Shown: positions 18,758 to 28,144, counted from the first letter of the stretch. The stretch: 64,000 nt of DNA from an uncultured virus (IMG/VR IMGVR_UViG_3300010885_079087) (IMGVR_UViG_3300010885_079087); one strand, 5' to 3'. Notes: generated by a model from the sequence alone, not told the origin. Program-made: numbers and translations.

Positions 18758-19666
18758 ATGAAAAGTGATTTACAGAACACAGAATTTCAATTAAGATTAG
18801 AAGACGCCGTGGTTAAATACCAAAATGTAGTAAAAACTGGAAACAGAAACGACCAAGAGCTTGCTTATAAAAGTGTAATTAGGCTCTACGACCCGATGAA
18901 CTTTCACCAAGAGTGGTATGAAAAATATCATTATCTTTTTGACTCAGTAGATGATTTTCTTTCAGATTATCTCAGAGTTTTCGCCACAGTTTTAATTGGC
19001 TGGAAACCCAAAAGTATGAGATCAAAATCAAGATATGATGGCTCAGGAGAATTCAAAAATTATTTTATAGGCTCCCTTTATCATAATTATATTAACATGG
19101 TTAAAAGTGATCAAGCAGCAAAAAGAAATGTCACCAAACAATGTCCAATATGTGACAAATGGGTAAACCCAATTTCTACACACCTTATCACTCATCACAC
19201 ACACCTTTTATGGGAACATTTAGAGGAAACTGGAATTGTTGTTGAGGAATTGAAAAATTGCCCGTTTTGCAACAATTTTAAGCTCCCTAAGAATGCCACT
19301 GATAAAAGTAAAATAACCGATCTTATGAAGGCGCATTTCGTTTCTAAGCACACTTCAATGTTGTTTAGTAAGTTTAACGAACTTTTTCCCGGAATATCTA
19401 CTTTATCGCCAAAAACTACATCTGTTCATGTCGAGGAGGAAGGAGAAAATCTAAATCTTTACGATATTTCTGAAGAAAAGGAAAACCTGATTGATAAGCT
19501 GAGCGTATTAAATTTATCAGATACACAAAAACAGATTATTAACAACATTCTGAATGGTGAAAACAATTTATCTTATAAATCTGACAAGTACACATGTACA
19601 AAAGATCAATGGGAAAAAGAAATGGAAAAATTAAAGGAGACGATGAGTATACATGGCCACGAATGA
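18758..19666 (+). CDS. Sigma-70-like factor with inserted C2H2-type zinc fingers
   Basis: Region-2-like FKNYFIGSLYHNYIN..KR, CPIC..H..H, CPFC..H..H, region-4-like LSDTQKQII. Confidence 0.55.
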   Translation: MKSDLQNTEFQLRLEDAVVKYQNVVKTGNRNDQELAYKSVIRLYDPMNFHQEWYEKYHYLFDSVDDFLSDYLRVFATVLIGWKPKSMRSKSRYDGSGEFKNYFIGSLYHNYINMVKSDQAAKRNVTKQCPICDKWVNPISTHLITHHTHLLWEHLEETGIVVEELKNCPFCNNFKLPKNATDKSKITDLMKAHFVSKHTSMLFSKFNELFPGISTLSPKTTSVHVEEEGENLNLYDISEEKENLIDKLSVLNLSDTQKQIINNILNGENNLSYKSDKYTCTKDQWEKEMEKLKETMSIHGHE

Positions 19667-20057
19667 AAAAAAAGTTCTGATTGAAAACAAATCGGAAGTA
19701 GATGAGAAATTTTTATTTAACAATCAAACACAAATACAAAGAGTTACTTTAAAAGTCAGAGGTGGGGATTTTGATCCGCTCAAACCTGACAAAAAACCCA
19801 CGGATCCAAACAAACTAGCTGGCGCGATTCTTAAGGTACTTTCTAAAGAAGATCACGTAAGGATTTTATCAGTAGGGCCGAAAGCCCTTAACATTGCAAT
19901 GCAGGCTTTTAGGCTTGCTGCACAAGAAGTGGAAAGCAGGACTAATGGAGCTGTTTTAGTTTGTAGACAATCAGAATATGAGGCAATAATTGCGGATAAA
20001 AAAACTAAGGGAATATGCACACGAGTCTTCGGAATAACAATAAAAGAAGCTCTTTAA
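19653..20057 (+). CDS. spoVS: SpoVS family (Alba-like) protein
   Basis: LKV...DPNKLAGAI...SVGPKALNIAMQA...LVC matches the SpoVS pattern. Confidence 0.8.
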   Translation: MATNEKKVLIENKSEVDEKFLFNNQTQIQRVTLKVRGGDFDPLKPDKKPTDPNKLAGAILKVLSKEDHVRILSVGPKALNIAMQAFRLAAQEVESRTNGAVLVCRQSEYEAIIADKKTKGICTRVFGITIKEAL

Positions 20058-20407
20058 TTAATGATTTGATTAAAGATTCCTTGGTTAATTTTGATGAAAT
20101 TAAGCCAAAAGTAACTGATTCCAATTTACCAGTAATTGAGCGAGAAAATGTCAAAATTCTTATGGAAAAAAGGGTAAAAATGGTAGGCAAATTCTTGCCT
20201 TTTGACGAAATAACAATAAAGAAACGGCTACTTAGTTTTGTTAAAAAAAACAGAGTGGCCATGAGATATGAACAAGCTTGCTGTCGGCATATAAAGCAAT
20301 TTTCTGCCGCAGCTTTTTTGTTCTGCGAAATTTGCGAAAATCCGCATGACAGTATGCTTTGGGATAGGTGTAGTGTATGTGGAGCTTTCAATAATTACAA
20401 AATTTAA
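20015..20407 (+). CDS. Zinc-ribbon protein
   Basis: FCEIC...RCSVCG; true start uncertain. Confidence 0.5.
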   Translation: MHTSLRNNNKRSSLINDLIKDSLVNFDEIKPKVTDSNLPVIERENVKILMEKRVKMVGKFLPFDEITIKKRLLSFVKKNRVAMRYEQACCRHIKQFSAAAFLFCEICENPHDSMLWDRCSVCGAFNNYKI

Positions 20408-20410
20408 ATT

Positions 20411-20454
20411 TGAAAAACTTGAGAATTTTCAACTAAAATTCTTGAGTTTTTTCA
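20411..20454 (+). terminator. Long AT-rich hairpin with T tail upstream of nrdB (terminator or operator)
   Basis: aaaaacttgagaatttt-caact-aaaattcttgagttttt. Confidence 0.45.
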
Positions 20455-20472
20455 TAAAACGGAGAAAAAAAT

Positions 20473-21447
20473 ATGCTATTTGAAGAACAGTTATCACGAA
20501 AACCAAATCTATACCCATGGACACAAAAATTTATCGACGTAATGGAGGACGGACATTGGACTGTAAAAAAGTTTGATTTCCAAAGAGACATCCAAGACTA
20601 TAAAGTGGCATTTAATGATGAAGAGAGGAGAGTAATTAAACACACTTTGTCAGCAATTTCACAGATAGAAGTAGACGTTAAGAAATTTTGGTCGAAACTT
20701 GGAGACAATTTACCGCACCCTAGCATTAATGATTTAGGTGGGGTTATGAATCATGTTGAAATTATTCACAACAATGCCTATGAAAAACTTTTAGAGCTAT
20801 TGGGCTTAGAAGACATTTATGAAGAAAATCTAAAATTAGATATTATTCAAGGACGTGTCAAGTACTTGAGAAAGTATACACACAAATTCTATAAAAATTC
20901 AAAAAAGCAATACATTTACGCCTTGGTGCTTTTCACTCTTTATGTTGAAAATGCCTCTTTATTTTCTCAGTTTTATGTGATCAATTGGTTCGCAAAAACT
21001 TACAACGTTCTTAAAGACACTGCCCAACAAGTGTCATACACAGCTAAAGAAGAAACAATACATGCCTTAGTAGGTATTAAATTAATCAACACTTTGAGAG
21101 AAGAATATCCTGAATTATTCGATGAAGAGCTAGAGCAAAGAATTCTCCATGAAACCAAAGAAGCATATGAGTGTGAGGCTAAAATTATTGATTGGATTTT
21201 AGGGGATTTTAAAAAAGATTTACTTAGTAAAGATATTCTCAAAACTTTCATCCAAGACCGATTGAATAAATCACTAGAGGCAATTCATTTCAAGCCAGTG
21301 TTTGAAAATCTAGACGACAATCTTCTACAACAAACTGAGTGGTTCAATTTACAAGTTTCAGGAAAATCAAAAGCTGATTTCTTTGACACTGAACCTGTGA
21401 CTTATGCCAAAGGCAACAAGAGTTACAACTTGGAGGATGTAATCTAA
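20473..21447 (+). CDS. nrdB: Ribonucleotide reductase beta subunit, class Id-like
   Basis: QIEVDVK, EIIHNNAY, ENASLFSQF, EETIH; C-terminal DFF..PVTY. Confidence 0.92.
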   Translation: MLFEEQLSRKPNLYPWTQKFIDVMEDGHWTVKKFDFQRDIQDYKVAFNDEERRVIKHTLSAISQIEVDVKKFWSKLGDNLPHPSINDLGGVMNHVEIIHNNAYEKLLELLGLEDIYEENLKLDIIQGRVKYLRKYTHKFYKNSKKQYIYALVLFTLYVENASLFSQFYVINWFAKTYNVLKDTAQQVSYTAKEETIHALVGIKLINTLREEYPELFDEELEQRILHETKEAYECEAKIIDWILGDFKKDLLSKDILKTFIQDRLNKSLEAIHFKPVFENLDDNLLQQTEWFNLQVSGKSKADFFDTEPVTYAKGNKSYNLEDVI

Positions 21448-23126
21448 TGAAAAGATACGAATGGTTGAATGATGATTCCAGACTATTTTTATCCAGAGGT
21501 TATCTCAAAGAAGGCACACAGGCCGAAGATAGAATTGCAAAAATTGTCGACACAGCCGGAAAATATTTGAGTAAAATCCCAGACTTCAAAGAAAAATTTG
21601 AAGAATATTTGGCTCTCGGTTATTATTCAATGGCTTCTCCTGTATGGGCTAATTTTGGCGAAACTAGGGGCTTACCAATTAGCTGTAATGGCCAGTTTAT
21701 TGATGATACAATGGAGTCAATTCTCTACTGTAACAGTGAAACTGGTATGATGACTAAATATGGTGCCGGAACTTCAGCATATTTCGGTGCACTCAGAGGA
21801 AGAGGTGCGCCTATCTCAGACGGCGGTGAATCATTTGGTGCATGCCACTTTATGCAATTGTTTGATACGACCACCAAAGTAGTGTGCCAGTCTAGCGTTC
21901 GTAGAGGCGCGTTTGCGGCTTATTATCCTGTAGAAGGGCCAGATATTCTTGATTTTCTTGAAATTCGAGAATTAGGCAACCCTATCCACAAAATGAGTAT
22001 TGGCGTGACAATCACAGACAAATGGATGAACGAAATGTTCGGCGGTGATGTAGAAAAAAAAATGATTTGGTTGAGAATTTTAAGAAAGAAATTTGAAACA
22101 GGATATCCATACATTTTTTGGACAGATACTGTCAACAATAATGCACCTATATGGTTCAGAGACAAAGGATTAAAGATTCATGCCTCTAATTTGTGTTCAG
22201 AAATTTGCTTGCCATCAGATAACGAAAATTCTTTTGTGTGCGACCTATCATCAATGAATTTACTTTATTATGATGAATGGAAAAACACAGATGCAGTGGA
22301 GATTCTTACCTATTTCCTTGATGCAGTCATGGAAGAATATATTCAAAAAACTGAAAATATTCCTTTTATGGATAAGGCTAACAGATTTGCTAAAGATCAT
22401 AGAGCGCTGGGAGTGGGTGGACTTGGATGGCACTCTTATCTTCAAGCTAACTCTATTCCATTTGAAAGCATGAGTGCTAAACTCAAGAATGTGGAAATCT
22501 GGAAGTTTATCAATCAAAGAACGATTGCAGGTTCAGAAAAATTAGCACAACTTTATGGTGAGCCAAAAGTTACTAAGGGTTATGGCAGAAGAAATTCAAC
22601 ACTTGTTGCTATCGCTCCTACTGTTTCGTCATCTTTCATACTTGGACAAGTTTCACAAGGCATTGAACCAATCGAATCAAATTATTTTGAAAAAGATTTA
22701 GCTAAAGGTGATTTCCCTTATAAAAATCCACATCTCAAAGAGGTGCTCAAGACTTACAATAAAGACAACAAGGACACTTGGGGTTCAATTCTTGAGTATG
22801 GAGGATCTGTACAGCATTTAGATTTTCTTAGCGATCATGAAAAAGAAGTTTTCAAAACTTTTATGGAAATATCGCAAAAAGAAGTGATTATTCAAGCTGC
22901 TGCAAGACAAAAGTTCATTGACCAAAGTCAAAGTTTAAATCTATCAATTCACCCTGATACACCTGTGGTTGAATTAAGTAGGCTTTTGAAATTTGCCTGG
23001 GAATCGGGTGTTAAAACCCTTTATTATCACAATGGTCTAAATCCAAGCCAAGAGCTTGCTAGAGACTTAATGGCAGACCAACATGCTTCAAGGGACATCA
23101 ACAAATGTGTTAGCTGTGAAGCATAA
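21447..23126 (+). CDS. nrdA: Ribonucleotide reductase alpha subunit, no ATP cone
   Basis: PISC, SNLCSEI, IAPT, KTLYY, C-terminal CVSCEA. Confidence 0.95.
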   Translation: MKRYEWLNDDSRLFLSRGYLKEGTQAEDRIAKIVDTAGKYLSKIPDFKEKFEEYLALGYYSMASPVWANFGETRGLPISCNGQFIDDTMESILYCNSETGMMTKYGAGTSAYFGALRGRGAPISDGGESFGACHFMQLFDTTTKVVCQSSVRRGAFAAYYPVEGPDILDFLEIRELGNPIHKMSIGVTITDKWMNEMFGGDVEKKMIWLRILRKKFETGYPYIFWTDTVNNNAPIWFRDKGLKIHASNLCSEICLPSDNENSFVCDLSSMNLLYYDEWKNTDAVEILTYFLDAVMEEYIQKTENIPFMDKANRFAKDHRALGVGGLGWHSYLQANSIPFESMSAKLKNVEIWKFINQRTIAGSEKLAQLYGEPKVTKGYGRRNSTLVAIAPTVSSSFILGQVSQGIEPIESNYFEKDLAKGDFPYKNPHLKEVLKTYNKDNKDTWGSILEYGGSVQHLDFLSDHEKEVFKTFMEISQKEVIIQAAARQKFIDQSQSLNLSIHPDTPVVELSRLLKFAWESGVKTLYYHNGLNPSQELARDLMADQHASRDINKCVSCEA

Positions 23127-23143
23127 AATTGTAAAATAAATAT

Positions 23144-23548
23144 ATGACCACAGAATACGAATTAAGAGCAGTGATTATTTTAGATGCTCTTGCTGAACAA
23201 GAACTTGGGACTAGAGATAACCCCAAGTTCTTACAAAAATTAGAGCTACTTTTACAAGATGTGGAAACTAAAACAATTTTTACTACTGTTTTAGAAGAAA
23301 AAGAAGTGAGAGAATTAGTGGGGCTGAAAAACCCACTTACATCTAAGCAAATGATTGATTTTGCTACATTATTAAGATCAAGAGAAGAGCCAATTAAAAT
23401 GATGGTTCCAACAGAATCTCTTGAGCTTACGAAACAAGATTTATTACAAACAGCAAAATTAGACGACAAGCCTAAACCGAGAAGAAAAAGATATAGAAAC
23501 CGCAAAAACCGCAATCAGAACCATCAAAATAAACGTAATAATAATTGA
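23144..23548 (+). CDS. Hypothetical protein with Arg-rich tail
   Basis: C-terminal KPRRKRYRNRKNR. Confidence 0.55.
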   Translation: MTTEYELRAVIILDALAEQELGTRDNPKFLQKLELLLQDVETKTIFTTVLEEKEVRELVGLKNPLTSKQMIDFATLLRSREEPIKMMVPTESLELTKQDLLQTAKLDDKPKPRRKRYRNRKNRNQNHQNKRNNN

Positions 23549-24003
23549 TGGATAATTACATAGAATTAGCATTGAGAACTGAACCTAGTAAGGAGCAGTA
23601 TGATGAAATTGTCGCCAGAGTGGGCAATCCAGAAATCATCAGACTGCTTCATGCTTTTATGGGCATGTCTACTGAAGTGGGTGAAATTCTAGATGCACTG
23701 AAGAAACACGTTTTTTATGGGAAAACATTAGATTTAGTAAATGTTTGCGAAGAATTTGGTGACCTAGATTGGTTTAGAGGGATTGGAATTGATGCTTTGA
23801 GTAATCTGCTAGGCACAGACCCTAAATCACTTGACGAAACAATTAAAAAAAACAACATTGAAAAGCTACAAGCTAGGTATCCAAATAAGTTCACAGAAAC
23901 TGATGCAATTCAGCGAGATTTAACCGCTGAAAGAAAAATACTCGAAAATGAAATACAACCCAAGAAAATGACTAGATACGGAGAAAACGAAAACAATGGC
24001 TAA
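23545..24003 (+). CDS. MazG-like NTP pyrophosphohydrolase
   Basis: GMSTEVGEILDALKK, EEFGDLDW, NIEKLQARYP. Confidence 0.88.
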   Translation: MMDNYIELALRTEPSKEQYDEIVARVGNPEIIRLLHAFMGMSTEVGEILDALKKHVFYGKTLDLVNVCEEFGDLDWFRGIGIDALSNLLGTDPKSLDETIKKNNIEKLQARYPNKFTETDAIQRDLTAERKILENEIQPKKMTRYGENENNG

Positions 24004-24475
24004 AGAATACACATACTCGGAATCGTCACAAATTTTAGAAGTGGCTAAAAAACTCAAGGCAAGATATATCAATGTTATTGGATATATTCAATTAGATAAG
24101 ATCTTTTTTGCATTTAAAGGCGGAGATATTTCTGAAGATTTCACTTATGAAATGCAAGGACTTAAAAGCGACTGGGTTAAACAAACACAAGGAAATGCTA
24201 GTGAAGCAAAAGTTTATTGTATTGCAATGAGCTATGACTTTTTCACAAAGGCAGAAGGCCCCTTGCTAGAGTGGACACTTCTTGAATGCTTGTACAGCTG
24301 CCATCCAAAGATGGATGGAAAAATGAGGAGAAAAGATGTTCATGAGTTTTCAAGAATTCACAACACTCTTAACGACTTAGAATGTTCTAGAGAATGGAGA
24401 AAAAACACGCATCTTCCTAGTCTACTTGGAGACGAAACGATTGTTTTCGGAATGAGTGACGATGACCCTATATAA
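23996..24475 (+). CDS. Phage metallopeptidase-like protein, HExxH degenerate
   Basis: KIFFAF, LLECLYSC in place of HELxH, KDVHEF. Confidence 0.45.
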   Translation: MAKEYTYSESSQILEVAKKLKARYINVIGYIQLDKIFFAFKGGDISEDFTYEMQGLKSDWVKQTQGNASEAKVYCIAMSYDFFTKAEGPLLEWTLLECLYSCHPKMDGKMRRKDVHEFSRIHNTLNDLECSREWRKNTHLPSLLGDETIVFGMSDDDPI

Positions 24476-25439
24476 TAAATATAGACCTAAATCTTTTAAA
24501 GAATTAGTACAAAGCAAATACGCAAAAGGTCTCTCAACAAATGAGTTGACACACCATGCCTATATGTTTTTTGGGCCTCCAGGCACTGGGAAAACCAGTG
24601 CCGCAAGGCTTTGTATGACTAAATATGTAGATGAAAAAGATAGTCAGTTTTGTGTGGATGGAAAGCATCCAGATTATTTTGAAATCAACTGTGCAATCAA
24701 TAATGGTGTAGATGATGTAAGAAGAGTGGTTTCAGACATTGTGAATACATCTCCAATGACCTGCAAGTACAAGTTTGTAATTTTCGATGAAGCACACATG
24801 CTGACAACACAAAGCCAAAATGCCTTACTTAAAACAGTAGAGGAGCCACCAAAACATATTAAATTTTTCTTTTGCACTACTGAGCTCAATAAAGTTCTTC
24901 CAGCAATTAGATCCAGATGCCAAATTATACCATTCTTAAAACTGCCTTTGCCAGCAATTGAAAAGGTGCTTAAGAATGTTTGTGTAGGAGAAAACATTAA
25001 ATATAATGAAGAAAGTGGGAAAATGCTCGCTAGTTTAGCTGATGGCTCCGCCAGAACAGCAATAAATTTATTTGAGCAGTGTCAATCTGTATTTAACGAT
25101 TCAGATGCTGTAGCTCAAATAATTGGCACAGCTAGCATGGCCAATTTTCATAACCTCACAAAACTAATTTGCGACAAAAATAAACCAGAAAGCATTAAAT
25201 TAATGAATCAGCTTTTTGCAAACACTATTGACCCAAATTCATTGATGAATAAGTATGCAGATTTTTTAGCTGAATTAATTTCATTGAATGTTGTAGCCAA
25301 TAAAACAGATAATTTTGAGTTAGAAAAATTATTAATTATTTCCGAACATGTTTGTGATATATTAAAAGATTTTAAAATTTTGCAAAATATAAAACTTATT
25401 TCTGAAATAAACGTACTAAAAGCAATAGAAAAAATGTAA
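24456..25439 (+). CDS. dnaX: DNA polymerase III clamp loader gamma/tau-like subunit
   Basis: LYNKYRP, GPPGTGKT, DEAHML, NALLKTVEEPP, IRSRCQ. Confidence 0.93.
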   Translation: MTMTLYNKYRPKSFKELVQSKYAKGLSTNELTHHAYMFFGPPGTGKTSAARLCMTKYVDEKDSQFCVDGKHPDYFEINCAINNGVDDVRRVVSDIVNTSPMTCKYKFVIFDEAHMLTTQSQNALLKTVEEPPKHIKFFFCTTELNKVLPAIRSRCQIIPFLKLPLPAIEKVLKNVCVGENIKYNEESGKMLASLADGSARTAINLFEQCQSVFNDSDAVAQIIGTASMANFHNLTKLICDKNKPESIKLMNQLFANTIDPNSLMNKYADFLAELISLNVVANKTDNFELEKLLIISEHVCDILKDFKILQNIKLISEINVLKAIEKM

Positions 25440-25469
25440 TTCGTTGCTTTTTTTTGTAAAATTAAGTTA

Positions 25470-26204
25470 ATGCAAGAATATGACTTAATTTTAAACCATC
25501 TAGTCAAAAAAGCTAAAGCCGGAAACGAGCAAGCTTTTAATGAAATTTTAAGAATACTTGACCCTGAAATTAAAAAAATTGCTCATAAATTTTACATTGT
25601 TGGAAGTGATGAACAAGATGTAATTCAAGAATGCAGAATTGGAGTGAATAAAGCTGTTAAAGATTTTGATGAACAAGGTGGAATGACGTTTAAGAATTTC
25701 TGTATGAGCTTGTGTTGCAAAAGACATTTAATTACTGCGATGTCTCATGCTAATACTCAAAAATTTAGATTACAAAATGAGGCAGTTAGTTTGAGTGCCC
25801 CTGTTTCAAAAAATGAAGAAGACGGCATTCAAACTTATGCAGATTATATTCCTGATCCAAATAGTGATTTGTTAGCCCAGTATATTTTACGAGAGGAATT
25901 TGAAACTAATTTAGATATGATATCTGAAAAACTTACGAAACTAGAAATGTCTATTTTTGAGCAATATTCGATCAATTCTTCATATAAACATATTGCAGAC
26001 AATTTACAAGTGAAACCAAAAACTGTAGACAACGCTTTGATGCGCATTCGCAAGAAATCTAACGAAACTTACCAAACTTATTTAGCAACACATTCAATTA
26101 TAAATTATGGAATTAGCACGTCTATTTCAACATCGTCTATAGTAGAGATGTGCATAGTGGGACTAGGAGTGACCAATTTTACTTACTTTGGCACAAACAT
26201 CTGA
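25470..26204 (+). CDS. sigH: SigH-type RNA polymerase sigma factor with C-terminal hydrophobic extension
   Basis: FYIVGSDEQDVIQECRIG, KRHLITAM, SYKHIA, KTVDNALMRIRKK parallel Bacillus SigH. Confidence 0.85.
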   Translation: MQEYDLILNHLVKKAKAGNEQAFNEILRILDPEIKKIAHKFYIVGSDEQDVIQECRIGVNKAVKDFDEQGGMTFKNFCMSLCCKRHLITAMSHANTQKFRLQNEAVSLSAPVSKNEEDGIQTYADYIPDPNSDLLAQYILREEFETNLDMISEKLTKLEMSIFEQYSINSSYKHIADNLQVKPKTVDNALMRIRKKSNETYQTYLATHSIINYGISTSISTSSIVEMCIVGLGVTNFTYFGTNI

Positions 26205-26225
26205 ATTCAAACGTATAATTAAAGT

Positions 26226-27314
26226 ATGAAAACCCAATTGTCAAGAAATTTACTTGAATCTGCTTTAAACAGGTGCTTTGAAGCATGTGAACGTAAAGTA
26301 GCTGACTCTGAAGTAAATCTTGAGTTTTGCGATAATCAATTAAAATTAAGAACAAAAGGCCCTGTAACTTACTACGAAGAAACAATTGAAACAATCAGCT
26401 GTGACGATGACAATGCTTTTGCAATAAAAACTTCTATGCTTTTGGAGTTTGTGAAACACGTAAGTTCTGAAGTAATTGTTTTATCTTTTAGTCCTGAAAA
26501 GAAAAGTTGCATGGTGTCAACAGATTCAAAGAAGTCAAAAATAGCAATTCCTACACTTTCTTCTGAATTTCATTTAGGACAAGTTGGTAACTTTGATGTT
26601 GAATTTGAAATTGAAAACTCTCATGAGTTTTTAACAAAAATGATGCATTCTATGAAATTCTGCTCTAATGATTCCCATCCATTTGATTCTATTCACTGCA
26701 AAATAACAAAAGATAAACTAGAAGTTAAAGCTACAAATGGCCCATCTTTTTATTCTTCAAAATTAGATATTATTTCGAGCGGGGAATTAGAAGTTTTATT
26801 GCCTAAAAAATCTCCAGTTATTTTGAAAAACATTTTTCTAGAACATTTTAAAAAGTGCTCCGTTAATTCAAGAGCTATGCAATTTGAAACGGAGTCATGT
26901 AAATTAACTATTTTTATCTCAAAAGCAGAAGATGATTCAATTTCTGAAAAAATTCTTGAGTTGACTAATCAAGAAGCAGCAGCAAAAATAAAAGTTTCTG
27001 TTCATGAAATTTCTAAAACATTGAAGTTTTTTTGCGGTATTTTTGACAAAAATAATGTTGATCTAAAGATCAGCGAAGAAGTTTTGAGTATACGTTACAC
27101 AGAAGGCCAAACTGGAGCCATTGAGACAGTTACATGCGAAGAATGTAGTGGCTCTGCTGATACTCAGTATAATCCAAAAAGTTTGCTTGATTGCTTGGAT
27201 TCAATTCAATCTTCTTGGGTCAACATGGATTTTATAAAAATCCAAGATGGCTTTTTTCTTTGTAAGCTAACAAACACCAATACTATTATATTATTATGTC
27301 CAGCAAAACTCTAG
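26226..27314 (+). CDS. dnaN: DNA polymerase III beta sliding clamp (divergent)
   Basis: 362 aa, three-domain pattern, ATNG, LLPKK, YNPKSLLDCL, IILLCP end; near DnaX. Confidence 0.78.
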   Translation: MKTQLSRNLLESALNRCFEACERKVADSEVNLEFCDNQLKLRTKGPVTYYEETIETISCDDDNAFAIKTSMLLEFVKHVSSEVIVLSFSPEKKSCMVSTDSKKSKIAIPTLSSEFHLGQVGNFDVEFEIENSHEFLTKMMHSMKFCSNDSHPFDSIHCKITKDKLEVKATNGPSFYSSKLDIISSGELEVLLPKKSPVILKNIFLEHFKKCSVNSRAMQFETESCKLTIFISKAEDDSISEKILELTNQEAAAKIKVSVHEISKTLKFFCGIFDKNNVDLKISEEVLSIRYTEGQTGAIETVTCEECSGSADTQYNPKSLLDCLDSIQSSWVNMDFIKIQDGFFLCKLTNTNTIILLCPAKL

Positions 27315-28144
27315 AAGGCGAATCTTATTTTATTTTGAAAGAGTTGGATAGAATCACACAAAACAAAAAAGTGATTTATAATCCTGAACAAATTCCAGCT
27401 TTTTCATTGTTTAATCAAGCGGATTATTATGTTTTTTTTGATCCAGACAAAGAGCTCATAGAAACTTTGAGTGGAGATAATTTTATTGTCTGTTTTATGG
27501 AAAAGAATGTGGATTTAAGGGCTGACTATATTAAAAAACTTAAGTCTAAAACGGTTTTCACTACATATGAGCCAATTCCCACTACTGATCCAGGAGCCTT
27601 GCTTGAAGTTTTTCCTGAAATAAGTTTCAAAAACAACACTTTGCCGTTCAAAAAAAATCCTTTGAAATACAAAGGACAAAAACAAAACTATGAATGGTTC
27701 GATTTGAATTTAATTGATGATTTGTATCAATTAGGCGACAATAATATTTATGGGTACGTATTTGACTCATTTTTTGACATTTGGAGATTCACCGATCATT
27801 TATGGACTGGAAATAACTTATGTTTATCTCAAATTAAATTTATAGATGACACAAATTTTGAAAATTATTTCAATCGCATTAGAGAAACATCAAAAGATTA
27901 TCTTGAAATTTTACAAACAGGTGCCAATAATTATCATGAACACAAAAGGTTGTTGCCGCAAACGGTGATGACAAACGAATATAGATTTGAAAAAGTAAGA
28001 GAAAAGGTTAATTTGCTGAAAAAAAATTACTGTTTAAGCGCAATAAGTGAAATTGATACATGTTTAAAAAATGTAAGATTAGGTTCAAACCCGAAATTAG
28101 AACTTGTAAAGCTATTTTATAAGTTCAAACAAAATGTTAAATGA
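27296..28144 (+). CDS. Putative clamp loader delta (HolA-like) subunit
   Basis: GESYFILKEL start, VDLR..Y.KKLK, C-terminal VRLGSNPKLEL; context next to the clamp. Confidence 0.55.
   Translation: MSSKTLEGESYFILKELDRITQNKKVIYNPEQIPAFSLFNQADYYVFFDPDKELIETLSGDNFIVCFMEKNVDLRADYIKKLKSKTVFTTYEPIPTTDPGALLEVFPEISFKNNTLPFKKNPLKYKGQKQNYEWFDLNLIDDLYQLGDNNIYGYVFDSFFDIWRFTDHLWTGNNLCLSQIKFIDDTNFENYFNRIRETSKDYLEILQTGANNYHEHKRLLPQTVMTNEYRFEKVREKVNLLKKNYCLSAISEIDTCLKNVRLGSNPKLELVKLFYKFKQNVK

Noticed and set aside
20411..20454. NrdR box upstream of nrdB
   Set aside because: Inverted repeat does not match the acaCwAtATaTwGtg consensus
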